From Chrysomallon squamiferum (taxonomy: Eukaryota; Animalia; Mollusca), in assembly GCA_012295275.1 (NCBI GenBank), contig CM022678.1, positions 17,112,001-17,176,000 on the forward strand: a stretch of DNA of 64,000 nt, given 5' to 3'. Below the pieces are notes generated by a model. The model ran no database searches and was not told the origin of the DNA. It was given only the letters and a program-made list of their open reading frames with translations. Positions 1 to 16,646 of this stretch are shown piece after piece. Position 1 is the first letter of the stretch. Each line of letters starts with the position of its first letter. The position numbers and the translations under genes were made by a program.

Positions 1-67
1 TGTTCCCCTGACAACTGCGGGCCGGAAGACGAAATGGACTGTATGAATACTTGTAACGTTTGTACAG
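1..67 (+). CDS. Extra ShK-like exon (partial at window edge)
   Basis: Reads CSPDNCGPEDEMDCMNTCNVCT then G|GTAAA donor; near-identical to 961-1027, and the following intron sequence is also duplicated. Confidence 0.7.
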
Positions 68-484
68 GTAAAATTATCAGTGTTCCAGCATAGCATAGTC
101 ATGAGGAGAAGGAGAGGTACACAGAATAGTTCATTTGTTAAGTAGCGATATACAGAACATTTGATATGTTAATGTATCACATTCATGTCAGATAGGACAG
201 ATACCAGATAGAGACGGATATATTAGGAAGGATTTGTTTGCAGAATACAAGCATACTAGATACACTATTCAGAATTCGTGAACACGTTCTTTCGTCATAC
301 GATAAACTGTTAAATTTTTAATCATTGAACTTTGATGTATAATTAATTAAACTTTTAATTAAATTGAAATAAATACTGTTGTAGTTTAATCCCTTAATTG
401 TTAAATTATGGAGAGTTCGATGGGCGTCCAACAATTCACTGTTTGAAAGTGGGTGATACCTGAAATTCAACAACTATAACAAAA

Positions 485-521
<37 letters not shown>

Positions 522-736
522 AAAATATAACACCTTTAAAAATAAGAACAGTGATAATAACAACAAAACTAATAAATAAATGTATAATTCTCACAACTTT
601 ATAATTAGATATGCTATGCGTACTTATAGATTATATATGCATGTATGTATGTATTATATATAAATTATGTATAAATGTAAGTATGTATGTAAACATATTT
701 GTGCATGTGCATACAATTTCTGCGTTTGTACACAAG

Positions 737-773
<37 letters not shown>

Positions 774-925
774 ATATTTATGTTTCTCTGTAAGTGTTTT
801 CAATATGTGTTTGTTCGAATGTGTATATTTGTGTGGATGTATATATATGGATGTCTGTTTGTATGTATAATTTTTCATAATAAATAGTACTTGATATAAT
901 GTTTTGTCAACTTGTTTAGATTCAG

Positions 926-1027
926 TTAAGAGTTTCAAATGTAAAGACAACTCGTGGTTCTGTTCTCCTGACAACTGCGGGCCGGAAGACGAAATGGACT
1001 GTATGAAGACTTGCAGAGTTTGTACAG
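926..1027 (+). CDS. ShK-like six-Cys exon, copy A
   Basis: Phase 1-1 exon encoding [33 protein letters not shown], with CxD start and CxKTCxxC end. Confidence 0.8.
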
Positions 1028-1758
1028 GTAAAGTTATCAGTGTTCCAGCATAACATAGTCATGAGGAGAAGGATAGATACACAGACTAGTTCATGTGTTA
1101 AGTAACGATATGCAGAATATTTGGTATGTTAATGTATCATATACATGTCAGATAGGACATAGACTAGCTAGAGACGGATATATTAGGAAGGATATGTATG
1201 CAGAATACAAGCATACTAGATACACTATTCAGAATTCCATAACAGTAAACAGATTTCAGCAGAGATACAGAGGATACACAACAACACACATAGGAAAGTT
1301 ATATATTAGGCAGGTCGTATACACAGGTTACCAGCTATGTTAAGATAGGCTACACAGACATGGTACTTTGTATACAGTATGAAACATATATTAGGTGGAA
1401 TAGCTATATTGAATATAATGATTGGGCAGGTTATTTTTATTTTTAACACGCGGTTTCATGAATACAAAAGCGAGCGTACACATACAAGAAGGACAACCAC
1501 ATATAACACTGTCACAAAATCATAAACATTTTTCATTTATTTTAATAAATATAACGATTGTTCTTGTTCCATACATACATTCACAGGCACACTATTTTAC
1601 TTTCAGTAAGTTGATATAACTAATTTCATTTACACGTTCTCAGAAACCTCGCATCTACTCTGTCTGTTTCTCTCTTAATTTCTGTAAATGTGATAAGCTT
1701 CCACACAAAACAAACCCTCTAACTTTCAGTAGATTATTCAGAGTAATTATACTTTTAG

Positions 1759-2935
1759 ATGAGGGATGTCCTGAAGGTTATTACCATGGTGATGGCGACA
1801 CGTGTATTTCCTGTTCTGTCGAAATCACAAAACATTCACCAAATTACAAAGAAAAATGTAATACACTAATTTGTCCCAGTAACAAAACGCATGGTTATTA
1901 CTGTGATGAGAACTGTAGTGACAGTTGCTTGGATAGAAGATGTTACCGCTGGACGGGTGATTGTGAACGTTGTCCTTCTGGATTATCTGGACCACGTTGT
2001 CAGCAGCACTGTAATAACACCGACGACAAAGGTGACTGCATCGGTGACTGTTTTTCTGGGTTTTTTGGTCGAAAGTGCGACAAAGACTGTCCAAAGCAAT
2101 GTAAACACAAAGTCTGCACGAAAACGTCGGGAAACTGCATCGGTGACTGTCTTCCTGGTTCTTACAGTCCACAGTGCGAAGAAAAGTGTCCAGACAGTTG
2201 TAAAGACAAAGTCTGCAACAAAAACACACGAGAGTGTTTACAATGCTCTCAAGGATTTTGGGGTCAAACTTGTGAGCTTCCTAGTTCAGTTAACTGTTTA
2301 AACAATTCCTGTAATAAAAACGGACAGTGCACTGAAGGCTGCAAAGTTGGATTTTTCGGAATGAACTGCTCAGAGAAATGCAGCGCGAACTGTCTACATC
2401 AGGAATGTAATAGGGAAAACGGATATTGTACGGATGGCTGCGTTTCTGGTAACTATTACGGATACGGTTGCAAAGTCTGTCCTCATCGTTGTCTGGATTC
2501 TAAGTGTGATCACAAAACCGGGAAATGTAAGAACGGATGCAATGGAACTGATATTTATGAGGCCTTTTGCAACTATTCTTGCGGCTCGGAATGTCGTGTT
2601 CGGTGTGAAAATATCTCCGATTACGTTGTATGCAGGGCGGTTTGTGTCAGCGGAAGAAAGGGAGAACACTGCAGCGATTTTTGCCCTAGGAATTGTAAAG
2701 GACCATGTCATCAGCTTTCAGGACGATGTCTTCATGGCTGTGTTTCAGGTTACCATGGTATCTACTGCAACAATTCATGCCCCGCTAACTGTCTGGGAAG
2801 TGCATGCCATCAAAACAACAAAACGTGTGTAGACGGATGTGTAACCTCGTTCTATGGACCGACGTGCTCAAATCGACAACTGCCCTGTCTGTGATGCTAA
2901 TGGGATCTGTATTTTGTATCATAGTCACGACGAAT
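1759..2935 (+). CDS. EGF-like (MEGF/SCARF-type) Cys-repeat ectodomain exon, copy A
   Basis: Open from the TTTTAG acceptor (DEGCPEGYY...) through ORF 1929-2894; repeated CxxGx(F/Y)GxxCxxxC units; a frameshift gives TGA at 2892-2894. Confidence 0.9.
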
Positions 2936-3346
2936 GTATGTATTCAGTACGCACACACGCATACACAGGCAAAAAAAAATAAGCATGCATACATACATAC
3001 ATAGATACATGAAGAAACAAGAACAATATTAAATAACTACATAAATAAATAAATAAATAATTAAAAAGAGAAAAAGATGAAGTTTCTGCTGATGAATAGT
3101 TTCTTCTCACACTGTTTATTAGTGGTTCGTTAGTTATTGCATTTACATAACCTGGTTGGTTTGTTTCTTGCGTGTCCATATTGTTTTTAGTTAACTATTT
3201 TGATAAAAAAAAAAGTTTGACTGGTTATCTATTTTGTAACTATATTGCGCTTGTTAACTATTTTGATTGCAACTTTCTGATTGGTTAACAATTCTAATAG
3301 ATATTTTCTGATTGGTTATCCATTTTAATACCCATTTTCCTTTCAG

Positions 3347-3446
3347 TGATTTTCTCGAATGATGTCCACTGGTTTACCTTTAAGTACGGAGTTTTGAGTG
3401 TTTTGATTTTGTTGTCGATTTCTTTAGCTGGGTTCTTTTTCATGAG
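3347..3446 (+). CDS. Transmembrane exon, copy A
   Basis: [33 protein letters not shown]; the next exon (3892-3989) opens with a basic stop-transfer stretch EMKKRSK. Confidence 0.85.
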
Positions 3447-3467
3447 GTATTATTTTATTTATTTATT

Positions 3468-3510
<43 letters not shown>

Positions 3511-4050
3511 TTCATTTATTTATTTATTTATTTATTTATTAGTGTTATTAGTATTAATAGTATTATTATAATTATTTTTGGTATTGTTGCTATTATGTGT
3601 ATATTTTTAGTACAACAAAAACAACAGTGTGAAAGTTAGTTCTCATTGTAAATTATAATCGCTCTGTCTTTCTATGTTTGTTTTTATAGTGTGAAATGTT
3701 AATGCAAGTTCTAGTAGTTAATAATAATAATAACGATCATAATGATGACGACGTTGACGTTAAGACAACAATAATAATAATGGCGATGATGAAGATAATC
3801 ATAAAAGTTATATTAGTGCACAAATGGCAATAATAGCATAAACGTTATTACAGTTGTGATTATAATTTATTGTTTTAATTTATGTATCCAGAGAAATGAA
3901 GAAAAGATCTAAAAATGTACAAAAACGACGTGTGGAGAGCTTAATTCGAGCACGTGTTCACCAGATACATCACGTGGAAATGCAACCAGGTTGTGTAATT
4001 TAATTAATTACGATTTAATGAGGGTAGCAACAACAGCAATCACACACTTA

Positions 4051-4090
<40 letters not shown>

Positions 4091-4220
4091 TAAAGAAAAA
4101 AAGAGAGAAAGTGAAAAGAAAAACCCACCAAGAGATAACAACAACAAGCAACACCACCGCCACCATAAACATATAATCAGCAGCAGCAACAACATCAGTT
4201 ATATTAATAATAAAATAATG

Positions 4221-4272
<52 letters not shown>

Positions 4273-4981
4273 CAAGAACAACAATACTTATAATAATACA
4301 AGAAGTAGTAGTAAGCAGATGTAGTACATTTTTATGGTGATGATGAGAATTATCATATTAAGTATTTGAAATAATGAGAAGAATTTTTGTATTTCTATGC
4401 TAATGTTGTGACGTACAGATTAGTAGTTACAAAACACCTAATATTAACAGTTAATGTTAAACTGTGACGAGGTGTCGTGAAAGAAATATTGATTGATTGC
4501 TTCAATGATTTTGTTAACTTCAGCAATCAGGCAGAGCAGTTCCGACACGTCATTAGATGCTACGGATAGAGTCCGTTGCCATAGAAATCCATCTCATCCC
4601 TCAGCTGCGGATGGCATAGTGATCACCTATGATGAAAATGATAATGTTAATAATAGTCATCATTACGAGTACATAGCTGATTCCATGATATCAAGTCTGA
4701 ATAACAGCACAGGAATGTCTTCAACCGTTCCTCAGTACGAGGCTGAAGAATGCAAAATCGAAAACGAGACTCTCTCTGAAATATATTCTTATCAACATCT
4801 AACATCTAACGATGGAAACAACGGGGACGATGTCGTGCCGCTTCTAGAGTCCGAGGAAGAAGAAAGTGTTGATATTAAACATTTTCACACATATGTGTAC
4901 AACATGAGTCTGATGTTTTCCATGTTGAATTTCAGGTAATTTCCTTGTTTTTTTTTCTTCTTGAAATTTCAGGTAATGACA

Positions 4982-5016
<35 letters not shown>

Positions 5017-5215
5017 TTTGTTGCATTTGTTTTATTTATTTTCATATATTATTATTTTTTTTTTATTTTTAAATATTATTGTTTTGTTTTATCGAATTGA
5101 ATCTTTTTATATATTTCATGAACAATCTGACTAACATTGACACACAAATCCCAGCGTTTTATAATTGACATAAATAAATCACAAATAAAATAATTAATTA
5201 CGGTTCCTTTTTCAG

Positions 5216-8687
<3,472 letters not shown>

Positions 8688-10336
8688 TACAAGAAAGTAA
8701 CAGAAACTGACTGCAAACAGGAAAGAGAAAATTAAAAATAAATAATTAAAAATGAATTTGCAGTCTCAGTATTTTGGTTTTTCATGAACCTGAATATTTG
8801 CCTAATTCAGATGTGAGGACTTATTAATGAGAACGTATTTTCGCTGGAATGAAACAGAAAGCAATAGAAGTAATTACTTTAATCGGAATACAGATGAAAA
8901 GAAACAATTTGTTGCTGAATTTTAGAATTCAGGGATATTTGAACCATTTCTGACGAGAACGGAAAAAAGCAAGGCCATTGTTAAAGGGAGAAATTTGAGT
9001 CGACAACAAAGAAGACATTTCTGTAATTAACATGGCTGCTCCTGTAATGAATAAAGTGACTAATGCAAACAAACTAAAGTCTAATCTTGGGCTGCCATTA
9101 CTCTATTTTTTTAAAAAGAAGAATTTTTAAAACATTTTTGTGACAAACATTTTTAGCCTAAATAAAAATTGTTTTAGTTATCAGTTGAAATATATGAAGG
9201 TGTATAAAAGGTACCAAATATACTTAGAAGTGAAGGAAATTTGTGTCCACAAGAAAGATGGCTGCTCCTGTAATGGATAAAGTGACGAATGTAAACAAAC
9301 TGAAAACTAATATGAAAACTAATGGGTAATATCTAGGACGGTCATTTCCATGTTTTGAAAGGAAGGACTTTTAAAAACACTTTATGACACTTATAATGTC
9401 TAAATATAATATGTACAGACCAGAACAAAATTAATGTTTACGTTCAGGCCATTTCCAAAATTAGAAAGTAAAATATTTATATTTTCTTTTTATACCAAAT
9501 AATATTTGCATGTGTATATCTGTGGGAATGTGTTTTGCTGTTTTTATTTACATATCTATTTGATACAGGATCTGCTTTGAAAAGTATATTTTTGGTGATG
9601 GGAAACCTTAAAGTGTGAATTTATAATCTTATGTTGTGATAAAACATTCAGGCCATTTCCAAAATTAGAAATCCCTAAAATATTTATATTTTCTTTTTAT
9701 ACCAAATGCTATTTGCATGTGCATATGGTAGGTATGTAAACACAGTAATAATGTTTTGTGTTTTGCTGTATTTTATTTACATATCTATTTGATACAGGTA
9801 TCCAAAACACAGTTTGAAAAATATTTTTGGTGATGGGAAACCTAAAAGTGTGAATTTATAATCTTATATTGTGATAAAACATCCAGATAAAGGTATCCCA
9901 AAAACACAGTAATAATAATAATAATTTTTTTTTTTGTGTAGGTATCCTAAACACAGTAATAATAATAATAATTTGAATCCTAAAAACAATAATAATATTA
10001 ATAATTTGAGTTGTGTGGTAGGTATCATAAACAAGTAATAATAATAATAATTTGAGTTGTGTGGTAGGTAATAATAATAAAAAATAATAATAATAATTTA
10101 ATTTAAAAAAACAGTAATAATAATAATAATTTGAGTTGTGTGGTAGGTTAATAATTTGAAGGTATCCTAAAAACAATAATAATAACATTAAACAGCTGTT
10201 ATAATAAAACAATTTAAAATGTATTAAGTTTTCTTATAATTTTCTTCCTTTTTCATAGACATGCATCTGTCATATAGAGTTGTTTGCAAAAATGGGGTTA
10301 ATCCTTTGTTGCTCTCTCTTTATCTCAGTCTGTCTG

Positions 10337-10368
<32 letters not shown>

Positions 10369-11892
10369 GCTTTCTCTTTGTGTATGTTTTTATGTATTTA
10401 CATTTGTGTGTTTTCATAACTGTGTATGTGTTTATGTGTATACATGTGTTCACGCGTCTGTGTGTGTTTGTATGTGTTTGTGTGTGTGCTGCACATGCAT
10501 AATTTTAAACATTGCAGCAGCAGAGAAGACTCCAGTCAAATTATGTCCTTACGAAGCAGTTAACACAACAACAAAACTTAATATAGTAGAATCACATGAA
10601 ACCCGTACATTGTAGTTACCAAACAAATCTTAATATATAGCGACAGAAATACATTGTTTACTATACTTTAATTTCATTTAATTTATTTCATTTTATTAAG
10701 TTTTCCAACCTGAGCAGCTGAGACAAAATCTGGATTTTTTGTGTAAAAATATTGAGCTATATTTTTTAATTATTAGAATAAATTAGATTTAAGAATTATA
10801 TACTTATAATGAGGTTATATGAGTCGCATAAGTATAGTGTGTTCCCTCCACCCAACAATGCCGGATACATAGCGATGACTAGGAAAACATTTTCTAGTTA
10901 GTTAGTCGGTTACCTTATTTACTGTTATGTACATCGGTAGCTGGTTTAAACACTCACATTTGTGTTCACTGTTTGAGCTGTTAGAGGAAAAAATAATACC
11001 TGTAACATTTAGAATGGCAAGTTTTACTTCCAAATTACAATTGGGTTGCAATTAACTATATATAATTCATTAATTTGCGCTATCAAATACATTATATCAT
11101 TTATATTGTATATTCTTTATAACTAATTGTCTTCTGCATAGTTAACACTGTTATTAAATCCTTATACTCGTCATTTTTATTGTGTCATTAAGAAATAGAG
11201 AAATATAAATGATTAAACGAGATAAAGGGGAAACTAATTTTGTCATTTGACCAGTCAGACATATGAAATTGTCCCAAATGTAAACACAATAAAAAAACAA
11301 ATCATGTATCAGTGTCATTATTCACAGAATCACAAGTAATAACATGGCTGTAACTAGACTGTTTTTGAAAGGAGGCTAAAACACTTAATCCCCGCATGGA
11401 GCTGGTCAGTAAGACTTGGGGGAGGGGACTGGGGACCGCCTGACTCCCCCAGAAGCTCCAACTTGACGGACGCAAAATCCTCGACTCTAGCTATTTCCTG
11501 GTATCCTTTTCCTGGTTCAATAATTATAACCTTTTATGATTTAATTTTCGTATTTTCTAGTTTACCAGGCAAAACGGAGTATTTCGAAATCCATGTACCC
11601 AAGAAATGCACTAAACTAACAACAAAATAAATAAAAGCAATTCCATTAATGTTTCTGGCAGCACTTAAGAATAAATGTATCGGAATAGAGATTTATATTT
11701 TATATCTTATAAATAAAATGCTTTTTATAAAAAAAAAAAAATAAACACTCACATTTATGTTGATTCTTTAAGCTATTAAAGGAAAAATTAATACCTGTAA
11801 CACTTAAAACGGCGAGTTTTACTTCTTTCATATCAAAGTTATTTTCTTTTCACTGTATAACTTTTGTAACTAAATTTAAAATAATTGCGGGC

Positions 11893-11966
<74 letters not shown>

Positions 11967-12208
11967 ACGCAGGCACACACACAAACAACCAGTAAGAGTA
12001 AATAAAAATAAGCGATAAATAAAAATTAAACAATTCTTAGTAAATACATATTGTTTTCTTCTAAAATACAATTTCCTTAATGTGTGTGAGTGAATGTATG
12101 CGTCTATACATAATTATATCTCAGTGAATGTATGTATGTATGTGTGAAGACATACAAACATACATATATACATACATGTCTGTGTGTGTATATATATGTA
12201 TATATATA

Positions 12209-12354
<146 letters not shown>

Positions 12355-12443
12355 CATATACACACACACACATATAGGCTTTTATATATGTATGAATGTA
12401 TGAAACACACTTTTTCACACGCATTACAAATTAAATAGAACTG

Positions 12444-13175
12444 TACCTTACCTCGACTTATAGGGCCCCAATGAATTTCTCGAACGAGCTGTTGCTTGGT
12501 CGATTTTTTGCTTTGAGTTAGAAGCCAAAATCAGATTTAAGAACGAGCTTCAGAAACAACGCCGTTAGTTGGCGTAACGAACAACACAACATCCGGCCAG
12601 CGTCCGCTGTCTCACTCGTTTACGTCACGTGGTTATTTGGCCGTGGAAGCATCTGTTGTGCTGTGTTCTCGTTGTGTGCAGTATTTTTGCTAAATTTCTT
12701 TTTCCTGACCATGCATCGTAAGAAATTCAGTGCAAGGACAGTGATGGGAAGAGAAAGCTGATGATGTCCATTGAATTAAAGCATGACATCATAGAGAAGT
12801 ATGAGCGACGTGTGCATCTTGCGCTAGGCAGTATGAGCATAGTTCCATGCTGAACCAGAAAGAGTCGATGAAGGCTGTATACCAAGCCAAAGGCGTCAAA
12901 ATAATTTGACTTATCTCCAAGGTGCATTCACTTTGCGAAATCAATGTATTTGTTTATATTCTCCTTTATTATGTTTTCATACAATACTTGTAATTTATAA
13001 ATACATTTTTCTGATTTAAAAACCCTTTACCAAAATATGGGGTGGTTTGGGGGGTTTGGGACTAATAGTTATTTCAGTTAACTTCATGTGGGAAAATTCA
13101 TTTCATATACGTCCAAATTGATTTACTAGCTCGGTCAGGGAACTAATTAAACTCGTAAGTCAACGTAGAATTGTA
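12444..13175 (+). mobile_element. Tigger/pogo-like DNA transposon deletion derivative
   Basis: Degenerate TIRs (TACCTCGACTTA.. and ..TCGTAAGTCAACGTAGAATTGTA); ~12745-12910 encodes KRKLMMSIELKHDIIEKYER and QKESMKA..AKGVKII, resembling the N-terminal CENP-B/psq HTH of Tigger transposases. Confidence 0.7.
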
Positions 13176-13191
13176 TTTCCAGTCTGTAGGA

Positions 13192-16100
13192 CAGTGTTTC
13201 CCAACCTTTTTTCCCAACCTTGGACTGTAGAGGTTTTCATATCGCCCTCACTTCCAAAACTGATTCATAAGTTACAACACACAATGTTTTAAAACAAATG
13301 AAGTCCTGAGTAATGTTTGATCAACTTACGTTTAGTCTTCTGAAAGTCTACAGCACGAATTTAGAAGGAGAAATAGAAAAAAATGTTCATGTAAATATTG
13401 TATTTAATGCAAAAATAAAACATTCAATAAAAATATATTTCTCAATAAAAAATAGTGCTACAGGATCCACCAAAACAGTTTTTAATAATTTATGTTTTGC
13501 AATGTGCTTTAAGGCACACTGCGCCGTCAAAGCTAATATTTTTAATGAGATTGTTGACTTTGGTGCTTACAGGCTAATTCCTTCACCCTCAGGTCAATGC
13601 TACTTAGAAGTAATCTTAAATCTCCTCTTTTAATCATTTGCAGGCGATTTCCTTGTTTTGTGAGAAGCTTAGTGACTGCACTAAATTAGCGTTCAGCCAT
13701 ATATGAAGTTGGGAAAGCTATGAAATGAAGCTTAATTGCTTCCCACAACTTGGGATATCTTCCAGAAATTTATTTTTGTAACAAAAATGTTTGGTGTGAT
13801 TGTTTGAAGAGAGGCTTGAATTCGAAGTCGTTTTTTAGAGCAGTCAACTCTTCTTGTATTTCAAGATTGGTTTCATTTACACAAGCATCTGTAAATGGAT
13901 TCAGAAACCAGTCTGGTATTTCCATATTTGTAAGATCTTGGTATCTACAGCTCATGTCCTTGTCCAATGTTTCCAAATGATCACAATAAATCAAGAGGTC
14001 GCCTTCCAGTTTGGAGTGATCAGACTCATCATTCTCTAGTTCATTAAGTTTTGGAAACTGGGACAGATTCCGACGGCCATTATTATTCTTGAAGAAGGCC
14101 AGCTTGTCCAAGAATGTACAAATATTAGATTTTGCTTGGATAAGATTTAGCTCACTGCCTTGCAATTGCAAATTGATATCGCTGAATATGGTGAATAGAT
14201 CTGTTAAACATTCAAAGTCTGTTTTGTTTGCTAAAAGATAATCAATCAAATGATTACATTTATTTTCCTGGAGAAATTGCACTATGCCGTTGAAAAGAGA
14301 ATAACATTGTTTTAAACAGTTCCCTTTGGGTAACCACCTCACTTCAGTATGTTATAGAAGGCGATCAATTTCTTCATCGTTGTTGTTACCGAGTTGTCGA
14401 AACATTCGGGAACTGAGGGGTTGACACTTTATTTTATTTACTGCCTTAATAACAACATCAAGGCATTTATGGAGCTGATCACTTAAGTTCCTGGAAACCA
14501 GATGTTACCGATGAATTACGCAATGTATTGTGAAAACACTGGGTACAGCTTTCTTTAAAACTTCAAGAAAACCTTTGTACTGACCTGTTAATGCAGGAGC
14601 GCCGTCTGTCGCACAAGCAATAATATTGCTCATTGGGATATCTTTTTTCTTTGAAGAACAGCTCAACTACAGTAAAATTAGATTCACCTCGAGTCTCCGT
14701 TTCAAGTTCCTTTGCAAACAGCAGTTCTTGCACAACATTCTTTTCTTTAATAAAACTAGCATATCCCAAAAGTAGAGGTTCATTGCCTGGCAGTGCAGGT
14801 TCATCCAGCTGTAAACCAAATTGTTGTCTTTTAATATTTCTTCAATATGCGCTGCCATTTCGTCAACTCTTCTTTCTACAGATTTATTACTAATTTGAAT
14901 TGCTTTGATAATTGCACTTGGTCAATCGTGGTGTACTACTGTACGTAAGACTTTCTCCATAGCTGGCAAAATCAGTTGCTCTCCAATTGTATGAGGTTTC
15001 CTGTGCTAGCAATCATTTTGGGTATATTGTATGAACAAATAATACCATAGTCGCTTTTTCGTGATTGTTTTGCCGCAAGGGAAACGATGGTGTTTCTCTT
15101 TCGAAATGTGTCTTGTAACGTTTGAAAGTATGACAAATTCTCTTTCTCTTTGTCAGGATGCATCTTTTTAAAGTGCTCGGAAAGCCTGGATGGTTTCATC
15201 GCCTTGTTGAGAGCACTTTCTCACAAAGAAGGCACATCGGTCGTTGCTTATTATTTGGAGAACTCATAAATCCATACTTCAGATATACAACACTATTTTG
15301 TCTGCACTTTCGTTTTGATGAGCTATCAGTCATGATTAATGGTTGTTAAATACATTTACTGAAAATAAGTAAAATAGAGGCAAACAAAGAATATCACCAT
15401 AGCAATTTAAGTAACCATGTCTTATTTGAACTAAACGTTTTATTAACAATTTTTTTTTTTATAAACAATGTATTTTTGATTATTAAAAACAGAAAAATTA
15501 TAATAAGGATAAGTTAATTAAATGATTGTAAGCAACCTTTGCAATTGTTGTTTTCCAAAGAACACGACAGTTTCACAATAACTGTAACCGACTGCTTACT
15601 TGCAAGCAATAACCTTCGAACTAAAATTTACTCTGGAAACACGCCAAATTCATGAAAACGTACCAAATATATTTTTAACTTATGAAAGACTAAAACAAAG
15701 TTAAAATAATTAAATTGCATTTTAGTTTTCACTTTGCAACTCATTTATGAGAATTAACTGTACCAGCATTGACACCCACTCTGAAGACCAGTAAGATCAC
15801 ACATACCAACATTGGCTAAAAACATATATTATCACGCATAAATCAATCATTCAATGACCTAATATACACAATTGTTCGTTTTATCACTTTTATGTTCGAA
15901 ACTATCATTCGAATCCCATCCTAATCGCCAATTTTGCATATGGATATGAGCAGGGTAATAAAAAACACTTGTCACTATCACGGCCGCATAAGAACTGACC
16001 ATGGACAATTCCCATGGAACTGACTGAGCTGCAGTCAACAACTTCACGCGTTCATACAGCGAGATTGTTGTGTTCACGCAACAACATTAGCGAGCAACTG

Positions 16101-16256
16101 GGACAATATACAAGCTTAAATTTTACTTTTTATAGTACTGCTTGTTACTATTCTTGTTTGAACAATTTATAGAATTGTAGCTTATAGTGTATTTTACATA
16201 GTAATATTTAAATTTGTGATACGATTTACTTTAGATAAGCACGTTGGGAATCCCTG
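13192..16256 (-). mobile_element. Full-length degenerate hAT transposon, Buster/Charlie group
   Basis: TIRs CAGTGTTTCCCAAC (13192) and GTTGGGAATCCCTG (16243-16256); 8-bp TSD CTGTAGGA/CTCTAGGA with central TA; internal transposase relic. Confidence 0.92.
13542..15333 (-). pseudogene. hAT transposase (ZBED5/ZBED8/SCAND3-hAT-like), fragmented
   Basis: BED finger (YLKYGF..PMCLLC..MKPSRLSEHF..H), then ELLF, TDGAPA, HCVIHR, EVRWL, LQLQG, PDWFLNPF and FPTSY across several frames with stops. Confidence 0.9.
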
Positions 16257-16264
16257 CTCTAGGA

Positions 16265-16646
16265 CATCCATTCTAAATATAGACTAGCGTCAGTGTTAAA
16301 TACTGGTAACATGTCTATTTTTAGAACTTAGCTATTCCCGTGACCTACCAGGAAACTGAAACTGCAGATAGGTCCAAAGCGGCTAAGAAAAACAGTACAG
16401 TCTAGAATTTTAGTGGGAAAATATCCGGTTTTTTTGTTTGTTTTATCTTCTCTTTTCTTCGTCTAAAGTATTTAACATGTTAAGATAGTGTGTTACGCAT
16501 AGAAGAACAGATACTAGAAAATCGAATAACTTTCTCGCTCACGAATTTACAACAACATTGAGATAAACGATTCGTAATGACGGAAGTTGAATTAAAAATG
16601 TCCCCGGTGATAATTCTACTGTTAGTTTTATCGGAGACAGGTAAGT
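16265..16646 (+). promoter_or_regulatory. Leader cassette 1: conserved upstream block plus signal-peptide exon (CDS 16598-16640)
   Basis: CTAAATATAG 16273, GGAAACTGAAACTG 16351, GACGGAAGT, ATG..MSPVIILLLVLSET G|GTAAGT; an in-frame upstream ATG lies at 16577. Confidence 0.75.

Noticed and set aside
1825-2832. Antisense and alternate-frame ORFs over the EGF exons (also 33410-34552 and 52197-53112)
   Set aside because: They are shadows of the Cys-rich coding frame, with inconsistent boundaries between copies.
11350-11620. GC-richer island with G/C runs, possible MITE/SINE
   Set aside because: It is absent from the paralogous flank, but I could not define TIRs, TSD or Pol III boxes.
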